This document shows, in pieces, positions 51,824-62,328 of a stretch of DNA of 64,000 bases. Where the stretch lies: the IMG/VR virus record IMGVR_UViG_637000339_000002; one strand, written 5' to 3'. A program made the translations under genes and the position numbers. Source of the DNA: a virus. Its lineage: Duplodnaviria; Caudoviricetes. Each line of letters opens with the position of its first letter. Within the stretch, counting starts at the first letter, position 1. The notes beneath the pieces were generated by a model. The model did not search any database. It saw only the letters and a list, made by a program, of their open reading frames with translations, and had not been told where the DNA came from.

Positions 51824-51957
51824 GCAATCTTAGGAAGAGTCAATAATTCAATTCCTTATAACACTAGCTAGCATGGTATCTTCACTAAAATATTTTTTTA
51901 AAAAGTTAGTTGACTTATAAATAATTCTCTACTAATACTAGCATATGTTTGTTTATT

Positions 51958-52004
51958 CTGCTGAAGTGGCTCCGCAGGTTACTGTATAAGCTTCAGCAGT
52001 TTTT
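51958..52004 (+). terminator. Hairpin with T tract (terminator or sRNA 3' end)
   Basis: CTGCTGAAG...CTTCAGCAG followed by TTTTT. Confidence 0.55.
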
Positions 52005-52180
52005 GTACTCCTTTAAAGCATCATATTCCTATATATTAAATATAGCTGGTGTTCTCAATTTTGTTGATCTATAGTAAAATTGGCTAAAACTTCCAGTAAT
52101 AAACAACTTTTAACCTAGCAGTACTCACCATAAAAACTTAACAAAAATATGAGTAGTAAAAAGATTATGTTGAAATTAAC

Positions 52181-52208
52181 TTGACACATACTACACATTC
52201 TATATAAT
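52181..52208 (+). promoter_or_regulatory. Sigma70 promoter of the ankyrin-OTU gene
   Basis: TTGACA, 16 nt, TATAAT; AGGAGG RBS before ATG 52238. Confidence 0.65.
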
Positions 52209-52237
52209 ATATTCTATATCTAGAGCTAGGAGGTAAT

Positions 52238-55138
52238 ATGGATACAGGGTCAGTAAAATATATTGCAGAATCTATCAGTGAACAAAGCAAACACACTGAT
52301 GAGCAAAAACTGAAGTGTGACCTAAGTGCTGGACAAGAGTTTTCAGAAATAGGTAGCCCAAAAACAGAAGCAACTGGATTACCAGTAGATAGTTATTATG
52401 AATTCATTAAGCGAGATTTGTTTTGGGCTGATAGAAGTTTGATAGATGATAAAAAATACTTAGAGGATTTAATAGATGAGTGGTTTATTCATGCACCTAA
52501 CTTAGGACTGGAAGAGAGTCAAAAAAAGTTAAATCAAAAATTACTCAATAGTATTATAAAAGATTTTAATATGGGAAATTATGACTCATTTTCAAATCTT
52601 AAGCAGTTTTTAGAAAGTAACGAGAAAAATAAAGACCTGAAGTACGTTCTTAATCTAAAAAGAGGGCATCTAGGAACAACAATATTGAACGTGTTTCTCG
52701 AATACGACGAAATTATTCCTTCTCTTCTCAAAGCTGGTGCTGATCTAAATATGCAGGATAATAAAGGTAAAACACTTTTGCATGATACTGCTATTTATTC
52801 TAGTGGATATGAAGATCTTGGGTATCTCTTAGATGCAAAAGCTGATCCAAATATACAAGATGAAAAAGGTAACACACCTTTACACTATTATGCTGCTAAG
52901 TGTAGTGATCAAAGCAGAAAAACTATGGATTTGCTCATAAGCAAAGGAGCTGATTTAAGCATAAAAAATAACGATGGAAAAACTCCACTGCAAGTTGCAA
53001 TTGATAATGACAACATTATAGGATGTTTATTAACTAATAGTCAAAAAAAATTAAGAGAGCAACTAGGTAAAATGCTTCTCGCTACAAGTTCTGATGAAGA
53101 TTGGGATAATGCTTATGATCCAGAGGTTGAAAATCTAAGAAAGTTTTTAAATCAATATGAAAATGACAACGACTTAAAGATAGTTTTAAATGTTAAGGAT
53201 GATAGTTCAGTACTTCTTGATTCGCCATCTCGTCGATTTCCTAATGTAAAAGCCTTGCTCTTAAAAGCAGGAGCAGCTGATTTTATAGGTAAAAAACAAG
53301 ACAATTATGAAAAATGCGATAGTTTTTTATCAGAGATTTATCAAATAAATTACCTTGCTAAACGCAATGAGTTTTTAAGTAAGGTAGTAAAAGCTAAAAG
53401 CATGATTGAATTACAAGAAGTTGTAAATGAGATTATAGCTTCTGGAATGAGATTAAATTTTGCTAAAGACAAAGATTATTACTTTGCAGATCACGTACTA
53501 GAAAAAATTGCTCAGCTAGAAGGAAGCTATGGAATTGCCAGTGATATAGTATGTACATTAATATCAAGAGGAGCAAAGTTAAAAAGGTCAGAAAGTTTAA
53601 AAGTCATTGATACAATAGAATTAAAGTTCAAAGCTCATAAGGCTAATATGATCAGTGCTCATTTAGAGTATGTTAGTAATACTGAGGAATTTTTTAGAAT
53701 TGCAAAGGCTGCTACCAGCGGTCAACTATATGATGGAAAAATCGATAATAATGTATTTTACTTAGAATACTCAGAGGATAGTATAATAGATGTTGCAAGA
53801 ATCACAGATAGAACAAGAAATCTGGAACTAATTCAGGAATCATATAGAAGGGATATAATAAAAATTGGCAAAAGTAAGATGGAAATTATAACCGAAAACG
53901 GCATAAGGTATTACACAGATCTTACAGAAGGCAGCGATATAGTATTAACTTTCTATACTAGTTTGGGAAATATAGACCTTAGACTGTATCCTGACATACA
54001 GGATAAAAGCAAGATTATAGTAGAAGTGAGTAATAGAGAAGAAATATTAGAAAAATTCAAAGGTCGCGAAGAAGAGTTAGGCAATGATTGCGCGCTCGGT
54101 GGCTACTCGGTCTACAATGCTATTGAACAGGGATATTTTGAAAGGTCTAGAAAATTAATGCGTCCTGAAGTCATAAGCGAGTCTAACAACAAATGGACAG
54201 AACGTGAAGAGTTAAGAAGGGATTCTATGGAGGAAATTGCTAGAAGGCATAAGTTATTACAAGATTTACGCAATATTGAGTCTAATATTGTACAAAAGGA
54301 GAAGAATTTTGACATAAAAACTTACCTGATAGACATCTTTAAAACTTTATCTAGGTTCTATGAAGAAAAAGGGGATATTTCTAAAACAGACTTAGCTAAA
54401 GCAGCAGAAAAGGAAAGTAAAAAATTGGGGTTAGAAGGTAAATACAACTGGAGTAAGATTTTTGGTTTAGAGGAAGAAATTATTGAAAAGGTAGAAAAAC
54501 AAGGTGATAAAGAGCAAAAATCAAACATACCTGATGACTTCTATCTAGGGCACGCAATCAATAATGGAAGCTGTTTTTTTGATTCATTCAGGCAAAGTCT
54601 AGAACAACAGAAGGGAATCAAAGTTACTGTAGAGCAGTTAAGGAATGAGTGTAAGAGATTTGCGCAAGACAATCCTCCAGAGTGGTTTATAAGTAAAATT
54701 GGCAATGACTTTGATGAGGTTGAAAGTGAGCTCGTAAATCGTGGAATTACGTGTAACCAATATATCAATAGCATTGGAAAGAATGAATTTTGGGGACGTT
54801 CCGATATCGAGGGCAGAGTACTTTGTGATAAGTATGGTGTGAAATTGCATGTTGCAGAAAGTAACCCATTGCACACTATTGATAAGCAACAAGATCCGTT
54901 CTTGCATCAGTTAATAGATAGCTCAAGATCAAAAGCAGGTAAGATAGATTATAGTCACAATAGTGCCTTACATATGGTAAATGGAGGCCATGATCATTTT
55001 CAACCCCTACTTTATAGAAATAAGACCTTGGCAAAACAAACGCAAGAACAAAAAGATTCCTTATGCTATTCAAGCTTGCCAAGCTGTAGTATGGATGAGT
55101 TAAAAATAGAAAAAGCCAACATAAGGCACTGCTTGTAA
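52238..55138 (+). CDS. Ankyrin repeat protein with C-terminal OTU-like cysteine protease domain
   Basis: GKTLLH, GNTPLH, GKTPLQ ankyrin repeats; NNGSCFFDS...WG....EG...HFQPL OTU pattern. Confidence 0.85.
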   Translation: MDTGSVKYIAESISEQSKHTDEQKLKCDLSAGQEFSEIGSPKTEATGLPVDSYYEFIKRDLFWADRSLIDDKKYLEDLIDEWFIHAPNLGLEESQKKLNQKLLNSIIKDFNMGNYDSFSNLKQFLESNEKNKDLKYVLNLKRGHLGTTILNVFLEYDEIIPSLLKAGADLNMQDNKGKTLLHDTAIYSSGYEDLGYLLDAKADPNIQDEKGNTPLHYYAAKCSDQSRKTMDLLISKGADLSIKNNDGKTPLQVAIDNDNIIGCLLTNSQKKLREQLGKMLLATSSDEDWDNAYDPEVENLRKFLNQYENDNDLKIVLNVKDDSSVLLDSPSRRFPNVKALLLKAGAADFIGKKQDNYEKCDSFLSEIYQINYLAKRNEFLSKVVKAKSMIELQEVVNEIIASGMRLNFAKDKDYYFADHVLEKIAQLEGSYGIASDIVCTLISRGAKLKRSESLKVIDTIELKFKAHKANMISAHLEYVSNTEEFFRIAKAATSGQLYDGKIDNNVFYLEYSEDSIIDVARITDRTRNLELIQESYRRDIIKIGKSKMEIITENGIRYYTDLTEGSDIVLTFYTSLGNIDLRLYPDIQDKSKIIVEVSNREEILEKFKGREEELGNDCALGGYSVYNAIEQGYFERSRKLMRPEVISESNNKWTEREELRRDSMEEIARRHKLLQDLRNIESNIVQKEKNFDIKTYLIDIFKTLSRFYEEKGDISKTDLAKAAEKESKKLGLEGKYNWSKIFGLEEEIIEKVEKQGDKEQKSNIPDDFYLGHAINNGSCFFDSFRQSLEQQKGIKVTVEQLRNECKRFAQDNPPEWFISKIGNDFDEVESELVNRGITCNQYINSIGKNEFWGRSDIEGRVLCDKYGVKLHVAESNPLHTIDKQQDPFLHQLIDSSRSKAGKIDYSHNSALHMVNGGHDHFQPLLYRNKTLAKQTQEQKDSLCYSSLPSCSMDELKIEKANIRHCL

Positions 55139-55544
55139 GTAGACCATAGCTTTGTATATGACTTGTTACACAACAATGAAGGGGAAAGTTTATTTATTAA
55201 GTTAAAAAAGAAATTATTTTACTTAAAAAACTTACTTAGTGCTTATGAATTTTCAAGTACACTTTCAGATTCAAAGAGGCTATAGATTGCTCGACATGTA
55301 CTACTTCGTGGAGTTGTGTGCTGAAGTTTAGAGTATTGCTTTTTTTGATGTTTACAGAATTTTCCTCCAAATCTACTATTAAAATATGCAGTTAAAGTTG
55401 GATACATTTTTTATCACTATTGCATCTGATATGCTAAAATCTTCATTATTTATATTGATATTTTCGCATAATTGATTCTGTAACATTGACTTACTTTTCT
55501 ATATCAATTTCAACATCTTCTTGTGTGGCCCTTTTCTGTTGCTT

Positions 55545-57014
55545 TTATAAATCAAGACCATAGAATTTCTCCCTTTGCTCACTCCACAGCATCGGTATTT
55601 CTTTTAAATCAACTAACTTCAAACCCCTTGGCTGCCTCCCATTTACTATATCTTCCTTAATCTTTGGTGCTAAATAATTTAATCTTAAAATTTGCTGTAT
55701 ACGTCTTGTACCTACGTTTATTTTCTTACTCAGCTCTTTCACACTTCTATATTTTCCTTCTTCCAATTGCCGTTTCCAGGAATGGGCTCTCACCACTGCC
55801 TTCAATAGTGCATTATTTGTTTTACCTTCTGGTTCGATTACTATGCATTTGTTTCCTTTCTTCTTCATTGGTATAAATTTTTCCTCTGATTCAGAACACA
55901 CTTCTATTCCATCTTCTTTTACCATTACTCCCTTTATTAATTTTTTCATTGCTTCTTTCTGTTCTCTGAAGCTTAAATTTTCTCCATCCCCATATAAGCA
56001 TTCGGCTCTTTTCATCACTTCTTTTTCTATTTCCCCAGCTACTATAGTTCGATTTACTGATTCACAATTCTTCCCCCTTAAGTGATTGTTGCATACGTAA
56101 TATCTATACCTTTTGTTCTCTTTTTTTGAGTATGTCAGAGTCATATTTACATCACAGCTCTTGCACTTGATTATTCCCTTTAGCAGTGCTTCCTCATATT
56201 TTGCTTTTCTATGTGGCTGATTACTTATCAATTCCTGCGCTTTTTGCCATTTTTCTTCTTCTATTATCGCTTCATGCTTTCCTTTATACTGTTTCTCATA
56301 ATGCCTGATTTTTCCCATATATATTGGGTTTGTTATTATTCTCCTCACTGTTGCCTTTTTAAAGATATCTGATTTTGCTTTCGTTCGATATCCTTCTCTG
56401 TTTAACTCTCTTGCCAATTCTGCCATTGACTTCAGCTCCATATACCTCTCAAATATATGCTTTATTATTTTTGCTTCTTTTTCATTTATTATTAATTCCT
56501 TTTCTTTTACATCATAGCCAAGCGGTGGATTTCCTCCCATCCATAACCCTTGTTCTTTCGATGTTGCTATTTTATTTTTTACTCTCTCTACTATCATTTC
56601 TCTTTCTAGTTGTGCCGCCCCTGATAGCACTGTTTGTACAAATTTTCCCATTGGCGTATTATTGTCGAATATTTGTGTTACTGCTACAAAACTTATCCGG
56701 TGCCTTCTAAAAAATGATGTTACTTCTATGCAGTCCTTTGTTTCTCTTGATAACCTATCTAGCGTATATACTACTACACAGTCGACTTCTCCTACCTTTA
56801 CATCTTCAAACAATTCCTTTATCGCTGGTCTATTCAAATTACTCCCTGAGAACCCTCCATCATCGTACTTTTTTGCCAATGCTACCCACCCTTCTCGGCT
56901 TTTTATATACTTCTCACATACTACTCGCTGTGCATCTAAACTATTAAACTTTTGTTCTAGCCCGTCTTCATTTGATTTTCTCGTATATATCGCGCATCTT
57001 ACCTCTTTCAGCAT
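55545..57014 (-). CDS. Large serine recombinase
   Basis: AIYTRKS, DGGFSG...RP, DRLSR; recombinase domain NPIYMG; Zn ribbon CKSC...YVC. Confidence 0.93.
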   Translation of the reverse strand: MLKEVRCAIYTRKSNEDGLEQKFNSLDAQRVVCEKYIKSREGWVALAKKYDDGGFSGSNLNRPAIKELFEDVKVGEVDCVVVYTLDRLSRETKDCIEVTSFFRRHRISFVAVTQIFDNNTPMGKFVQTVLSGAAQLEREMIVERVKNKIATSKEQGLWMGGNPPLGYDVKEKELIINEKEAKIIKHIFERYMELKSMAELARELNREGYRTKAKSDIFKKATVRRIITNPIYMGKIRHYEKQYKGKHEAIIEEEKWQKAQELISNQPHRKAKYEEALLKGIIKCKSCDVNMTLTYSKKENKRYRYYVCNNHLRGKNCESVNRTIVAGEIEKEVMKRAECLYGDGENLSFREQKEAMKKLIKGVMVKEDGIEVCSESEEKFIPMKKKGNKCIVIEPEGKTNNALLKAVVRAHSWKRQLEEGKYRSVKELSKKINVGTRRIQQILRLNYLAPKIKEDIVNGRQPRGLKLVDLKEIPMLWSEQREKFYGLDL

Positions 57015-57448
57015 TCTTTCTCCTTATCTCTCATTCCAAATAGGAGCGGTCCATTATAACTCATTCCCATTATTTTGCCGGCTACTGCTGATAATGACGT
57101 ATAAAACTCTTCTTTATAGATTAAACCCTTATCTGTTACCTTTACCGCATGCGTCTCTTCCCCTCTTTCTAATATTAGCTCTGTTCCCTCTACTGGCAGT
57201 TTATCGCTACTTATCCTTTTTCCCTTCTCTAGTCGATCTGCCAGGTATTCTAGTCTTTTTGCCCCTTTTCTTGATATTTCTCCGTACGCTTTTTCCTGCA
57301 TTCTATAAGCTAATCTTGGTATCAGGTATTTCTTTGAGTATCTAGGCGCTCCTTCTCCATATACCTTTTTCCATATTTTCCTCACCTCTTCCAACGCTTT
57401 TTTCTCTAAATTCATTACTTTCTTTTCTATTTCTTCCTTTCTTTCCAT
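57008..57448 (-). CDS. DUF2924-like protein
   Basis: LAYRMQE.AYG, GT.L..E.G...H.V.V, SLSAVA..I.G...NG..FG; usual partner upstream of this recombinase. Confidence 0.75.
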   Translation of the reverse strand: MERKEEIEKKVMNLEKKALEEVRKIWKKVYGEGAPRYSKKYLIPRLAYRMQEKAYGEISRKGAKRLEYLADRLEKGKRISSDKLPVEGTELILERGEETHAVKVTDKGLIYKEEFYTSLSAVAGKIMGMSYNGPLLFGMRDKEKEC

Positions 57449-57460
57449 ATTTTCAGCCTC

Positions 57461-57919
57461 TCATAATTTCTCAAATAACTTTTCTATTCTGTCTGTTTCT
57501 TTCTTCAATACTTCAGTTACCTCTTTACTATTTTTCGCATAATCCATCGCTGTCATCCCAAATTTATCTGCTTGTTCTATTTCAGCCCCTGCTTTTACTA
57601 GCTCCTCCACTATTTCCACTTTCCCCACCATACATGCAAGGTGCAGCGGTGTGCATTTACTGCCATACTCTTCAGCATTTACATTCCCTCCTGATTTTAT
57701 CAATTCTCTAACTGTTTCTAGACGTTTCTCCGTTATCGCTAGGTGCAGTGCTGTATATCCTTCTACATCCGCTGCATTCACATTCGCTCCTTTTTCAACT
57801 AATAAGCTCACTGTTTTTCCGTCTACTGCATAATGCAGTTCCTTTTTTGTCCCCTTAATATTTTTACCTGAGTTCTCTAATAATTCTTTTAGTTCATCCT
57901 CTTTTTCTTTTTTACTCAT
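57461..57919 (-). CDS. Ankyrin repeat protein
   Basis: GYTALHLA, TPLHLAC, GMTAMDYA. Confidence 0.9.
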   Translation of the reverse strand: MSKKEKEDELKELLENSGKNIKGTKKELHYAVDGKTVSLLVEKGANVNAADVEGYTALHLAITEKRLETVRELIKSGGNVNAEEYGSKCTPLHLACMVGKVEIVEELVKAGAEIEQADKFGMTAMDYAKNSKEVTEVLKKETDRIEKLFEKL

Positions 57920-57944
57920 AACCTACCTCACCTTTTCTTTAAAT

Positions 57945-58718
57945 TTAAGTCCCTTTTTTAATTCTCACCACCTCATCTATCATTTCGTTTACTTGGCACA
58001 TTATCTTGGTTGCTAAATTTTGACATTCTTTCTTTATTAATGATTTGTCTCTCTTCCTTATTTCTTCGATCTCCATTATTTTTAGCTCTGGCATATAGCT
58101 CCTATCCAACTTGTCTGCTATTTCTCCCACTAGCCCCTCTATTCCATAGCACGTCAGTTTTCTACTTTTTGTTACTCCACCTTTTGCTCTCAAAAATTTA
58201 CTTGCCTTTTCACTCTCTTCCCTATCACATAGATAATACTTTTCACTTTCCCATATGTAATACATTGGTGTTGAACCATACTTATTCAGTTGATTAACTT
58301 CAGATCCTGCTTTTACTAGCTCTTTTATTATTTCAACTCCTGCTCCTCCTATTTTACATGCAGAGTGCAGTGGCGTACATCCACTGACATATTGAGTGGC
58401 ATTTATTTCCGCTCCTGACCTTAGCAGTACTTTTACATTTTCTAAACTTTTTGCGAATACTGCACAGTGCAGTGGCGTATAACCATTTTTATCTCTTGCA
58501 TTGATCTCCGCCCCTTTTTCTATTAATAACCTCACTGTTTTGTGATCGGAATTTTCTACTGCATGGTGCAATACTGTTTCTCCTTTTTCATCCCTTTTAT
58601 TAATATTTTTAAATCCATTCCTTGATACTTCTTTAAAAAACTTGTTAAAAGATTCTTTCTTTTCTTCGCTGAACCCCATTTCATACCTCACAAAATTATC
58701 TTTTCTAGCGCCAGACAA
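57945..58718 (-). CDS. Ankyrin repeat protein (true start probably slightly downstream)
   Basis: GETVLHHA, GYTPLHCA, GCTPLHSA. Confidence 0.9.
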   Translation of the reverse strand: MSGARKDNFVRYEMGFSEEKKESFNKFFKEVSRNGFKNINKRDEKGETVLHHAVENSDHKTVRLLIEKGAEINARDKNGYTPLHCAVFAKSLENVKVLLRSGAEINATQYVSGCTPLHSACKIGGAGVEIIKELVKAGSEVNQLNKYGSTPMYYIWESEKYYLCDREESEKASKFLRAKGGVTKSRKLTCYGIEGLVGEIADKLDRSYMPELKIMEIEEIRKRDKSLIKKECQNLATKIMCQVNEMIDEVVRIKKGT

Positions 58719-58846
58719 ATTTCTTATATTTACCTGCTGCTATTCAAGTTATGTGCGTTTTGGCATAAAAAGGCAAGTCTTTTTTCGCGTAGTACACCTT
58801 TTTAACTAAATACTAATATAGTATATGAAGATATAAATATATATGC

Positions 58847-60007
58847 TTAATATATTAAACATATTACTTGTTTCTCTTCCCAACCTCTGTTCAAATGACG
58901 ATGTTCGTGCCACGTTAGTACGCCTGGGTAAAACACTAAAACGTAATTTTCCGGTTCATGTATTGAATCCTTTTGCTCTGAATTTAAATCCCTTTCAAAA
59001 TGAATATTGTGCTCTGCCACACCAAATATTATAACTTTTTGGTTGGTAAAATCTTCTACTTTGTAGTGGTGAGTAACGCTAAACCTTTCTAAAATTGGCT
59101 TGTGTTTTAAATTCCACAGTTGTTCAGATAGTTTATCACTTCCTAGTAAAAATTTACTTCCTTTCTCTTCTCCACTCGTAACCGGAAAACACGCGTTTAT
59201 TTCTCCTAAGTTCCAGCTATCTGATAATACTATCTGCGCTTTAGCAAACTTAATCTTAGGTAATAAGCTCTGTGGTAGCGGATATAGCGCTTTGAAGTTA
59301 TACCACACATGATTTCGTTCATAAATACCGTTGTAGTTCTTAGTATGAGGCTCGGTTTCTCCAAGTATTGCTACATCCAAGCGATATATGTCATTGCTTA
59401 AAGCTCGTTCATAATGATCGCGTAGATAGTTTTCTACAATCCTAATAACCGGACCATGAGACCTGAAAAAATTTACTCTTCCAAATGATAAAACTGGCCC
59501 ATCTTTTTCTATTTTTACCCCGGAATAATCCGATAATAAACTTCCGAAAAAACTCTCATCCAATATGAACCTGCTAATGTTGTAATAATCGTTAAAAATC
59601 CTCATTAGCCTCGATCTTGCAGGCAATGATAGTTTTGCTAGTTCTACTACTGCATCAACGAAGAAGTCATTCAGAACATCTTTTATCCCTATCTGCAGTT
59701 CAAAGAAGTGCTTGCCAGATGGTTCTTCGATAATTGTAATATCTTCTATATTTGCCCATTTTAGTGCTATTTTCAGTGAAGCAGGTGTTCCTCTTAAACG
59801 CTGAAATTTTATCCCTTTTTTTATCGCCTTTCTTTTGTCTTTTACCCAATGTAGGATTTCTCCTAGCCCATATTCCTCTATTATCCATGGCAACACTTTT
59901 TCCCCTTGGCTAAATTTAAACCCTCTGATACAACCAGGATCTACTTTGTAATCTATTGCATCAACCAGCGCTTTTTCCTTTTTTGTTGCGTTTGGCGGTA
60001 ATAGCAT
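58847..60007 (-). CDS. Phage tail/baseplate protein (P2 gpI-like)
   Basis: LLPPNAT..E, LPW...EYGL, RGTP..L..AL, P.RS; follows gpJ. Confidence 0.8.
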   Translation of the reverse strand: MLLPPNATKKEKALVDAIDYKVDPGCIRGFKFSQGEKVLPWIIEEYGLGEILHWVKDKRKAIKKGIKFQRLRGTPASLKIALKWANIEDITIIEEPSGKHFFELQIGIKDVLNDFFVDAVVELAKLSLPARSRLMRIFNDYYNISRFILDESFFGSLLSDYSGVKIEKDGPVLSFGRVNFFRSHGPVIRIVENYLRDHYERALSNDIYRLDVAILGETEPHTKNYNGIYERNHVWYNFKALYPLPQSLLPKIKFAKAQIVLSDSWNLGEINACFPVTSGEEKGSKFLLGSDKLSEQLWNLKHKPILERFSVTHHYKVEDFTNQKVIIFGVAEHNIHFERDLNSEQKDSIHEPENYVLVFYPGVLTWHEHRHLNRGWEEKQVICLIY

Positions 60008-60798
60008 TAATTTAACTCAACATTTAAACTTTTTAAGAAAGCGCACTCATTTCCTTTCACAACTATGTCTTCTCTTGGCTCTATTAATTCCACGTTTTCT
60101 ACTCCTTCCATAAACAAATTGGCTATTATCCATGATCTTGTTACCTTCCATCCTAATCTTTTCGTTGTTCCAAATTTTTCGATAAATTTCTTCTTCATCG
60201 TTTCAATAATATCTGGTCTTTTAATGCTAATTTTACTGTGGATATCTATTTCTATCATATTGCAACTTACCACTTCAACTGTATCTGTTAAAATCCTCAC
60301 ATCCTCCCTGTTTAGCTGATTTTTGACAATTTCTAGTAATTCTTCTTGCAGTGTGGATAATTCTGTGGATAAGATTGAAACTTGTACTTTCCCTGGTATA
60401 GGTGATTCTACTAATGCATCCTTTACTCTACTATCTGCTGACAGTGCATGATATCGATAGTGTTCTTTACTTCCTCCCGTGCTCCAGCCTATTATCTTTG
60501 CTTTAATTATTTTTCTAAAACGTTCGTCATCTTCTTCTTTCTGCCTCTCCACTCCATAAAATTCAGCTAAATTATCAAGATCTTCTCCTGTCGCAAACTT
60601 AAGTAAATTACTCTTTACTGCTTCGTTTATCCTTTGTCTCAGCAAAAGCTCTCTCCAGGCTGCTACTTCTAATACCTTCATCGCTGAGTCACTTTCTACT
60701 AATGCCGTAAAACTTTCATCTCGACTTATTAATTCTTCTTTCATACGTGAAAAGATTTCTTCGAAGTTCAGTGGCTCAATAATGTTAGTCTGCTGCAT
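60007..60798 (-). CDS. Baseplate assembly protein J
   Basis: AWRELLLRQRINEA, A.G.DLDNLA, S.GG...Y.YHALSAD..V. Confidence 0.9.
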   Translation of the reverse strand: MQQTNIIEPLNFEEIFSRMKEELISRDESFTALVESDSAMKVLEVAAWRELLLRQRINEAVKSNLLKFATGEDLDNLAEFYGVERQKEEDDERFRKIIKAKIIGWSTGGSKEHYRYHALSADSRVKDALVESPIPGKVQVSILSTELSTLQEELLEIVKNQLNREDVRILTDTVEVVSCNMIEIDIHSKISIKRPDIIETMKKKFIEKFGTTKRLGWKVTRSWIIANLFMEGVENVELIEPREDIVVKGNECAFLKSLNVELN

Positions 60799-60800
60799 CT

Positions 60801-61136
60801 TTATACTACAACCTCATCGAAGCGAATCTTTTTCCCCATTGGTACGTACAACCCTTCCAGGTCAAGCGTTACTTTTCCCTCTTTTACTTCTGTCATTTTT
60901 ACTTTTTCTAATTTAAACCTTTTTTCCCATTTTTCCAAAGCTTCTGCAGTTGCTGCGTAAATTTCTAGTGTTAAATCACGATTAACTGGCTTATCCAATA
61001 ATTCAAATAGCCTAGACCCGTAATTCCTCATCATAATTCGTGATCCTATAGGAGTCGTAAGTATATCAATTATTGATTGCTTTAAGTGCTCTATTCCTTC
61101 TAACGCTTTTCCTGTTTTACCATCCATACCCTTCAT
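60801..61136 (-). CDS. Baseplate assembly protein W (gp25-like)
   Basis: HLKQSI.DILTTPIGSR....YGS, WE.R. Confidence 0.9.
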   Translation of the reverse strand: MKGMDGKTGKALEGIEHLKQSIIDILTTPIGSRIMMRNYGSRLFELLDKPVNRDLTLEIYAATAEALEKWEKRFKLEKVKMTEVKEGKVTLDLEGLYVPMGKKIRFDEVVV

Positions 61137-61138
61137 TT

Positions 61139-61393
61139 CTATTTTGCAAAGACGCTTTTACTGCCTTTTATTACTTTTAACCCACAAGATACTGAATCCC
61201 CTACTCTTCCTACACCATGACCATTTGCAAACACTGTTTTTGATCCTTGAATCATTACTTTTCCTTCGTTAAAATTGTCTCCTTTCCTACAGACTGGGAA
61301 ATCATTTACAAAAACATTATTACTGCCGCTAATGCAAAAATGTGGTGTTGCTTCTCCACAATAATCTCCTACTCGCACAACTGATTTATTCAT
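61139..61393 (-). CDS. PAAR-domain spike tip protein
   Basis: Repeated R.GD...GS..VF.N units. Confidence 0.85.
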   Translation of the reverse strand: MNKSVVRVGDYCGEATPHFCISGSNNVFVNDFPVCRKGDNFNEGKVMIQGSKTVFANGHGVGRVGDSVSCGLKVIKGSKSVFAK

Positions 61394-61400
61394 TTTCCAA

Positions 61401-61865
61401 TTAATTAAGTTCTATTCTATCTGCTTTCAGTTTTATTTCGCTCCTTGTCATCTCTAGACTTGATTCCCCAGCTTTCAATGTTATTTTGTCCACTACTTCA
61501 ATCTCTAAATGATGCTTCTCTTTATCATATAACAATCTTGTCCCATCTTGAATTTTTACACTATTTATTTCTTTTTTATTCTCTGGTGCAGGGTATTTTT
61601 CCTGATATATTCCTGCTAATACCACCCCTAATGATAGTTCTCCTAGCGCAGAAAGTATAATAACCTGTTCATCGATATCTGGAGGAGACCAATTTCTATC
61701 TTTTCCTGCTTTACTTGTTATCCATGGCAACCAATCTGTTAAAAATTCCCCTATTTGCACTTTTACTCTCGCTTTTTCATAATCTACTTCTTTCACAAGC
61801 CCAATACGTATAATGTTAGCTAACTTTCTTTGCAACTCTGAAATAGCAAAATTACTTTCCAACAT
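61401..61865 (-). CDS. Baseplate spike protein V
   Basis: IR.G.V..VD...ARV, TDWLPW...AG....W.PP...EQV, DG....YD. Confidence 0.9.
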   Translation of the reverse strand: MLESNFAISELQRKLANIIRIGLVKEVDYEKARVKVQIGEFLTDWLPWITSKAGKDRNWSPPDIDEQVIILSALGELSLGVVLAGIYQEKYPAPENKKEINSVKIQDGTRLLYDKEKHHLEIEVVDKITLKAGESSLEMTRSEIKLKADRIELN

Positions 61866-62328
61866 TTATTTCACCGATTTCTATTTTGTGTGGCATAAAT
61901 TTTCCCTCTTCCCAAATAGATCGACCCAAGTGTACTTCATGCACCCAGTCTACCATCCACACTAAATACGCGTCTAATTCTGGCCTAAATCCGTCAATTT
62001 CTGCTGATATAAATTCACCTGGCGAAACATTTTTTACGTTCCAAGTATTTTTATTTACTACTCTCGCAACCTCAGCAGCTAATTCTCTGACAATAATAGC
62101 TGCATTCTCTATTGTGCTATCAATCACAATTCGTGCCTCAAATCTTGCTTTCAGGGCTAATTCTTCTGTTCCTGAATCTTTTCCTTGCTCTAAACTTGAC
62201 AATTCCACAAATACCGCTGGTGCTACTATTTCCCTTCTTATCATTGGATATATTTCACATGTCTGTATCGCTGGTATTTCTTTCTTCAACATTCTGCAAA
62301 TTGCTTTGTGCAACTCAATTAAAATCAT
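61852..62328 (-). CDS. Tail terminator/collar-like protein
   Basis: Lies between gpZ and gpV; PAVFVEL and W.V.W patterns. Confidence 0.6.
   Translation of the reverse strand: MILIELHKAICRMLKKEIPAIQTCEIYPMIRREIVAPAVFVELSSLEQGKDSGTEELALKARFEARIVIDSTIENAAIIVRELAAEVARVVNKNTWNVKNVSPGEFISAEIDGFRPELDAYLVWMVDWVHEVHLGRSIWEEGKFMPHKIEIGEINVGK

Noticed and set aside
56662-57345. Long antisense ORFs (also 8981-9562, 15510-16058, 61886-62395)
   Set aside because: Shadows of well-supported genes on the opposite strand with no recognisable motifs.
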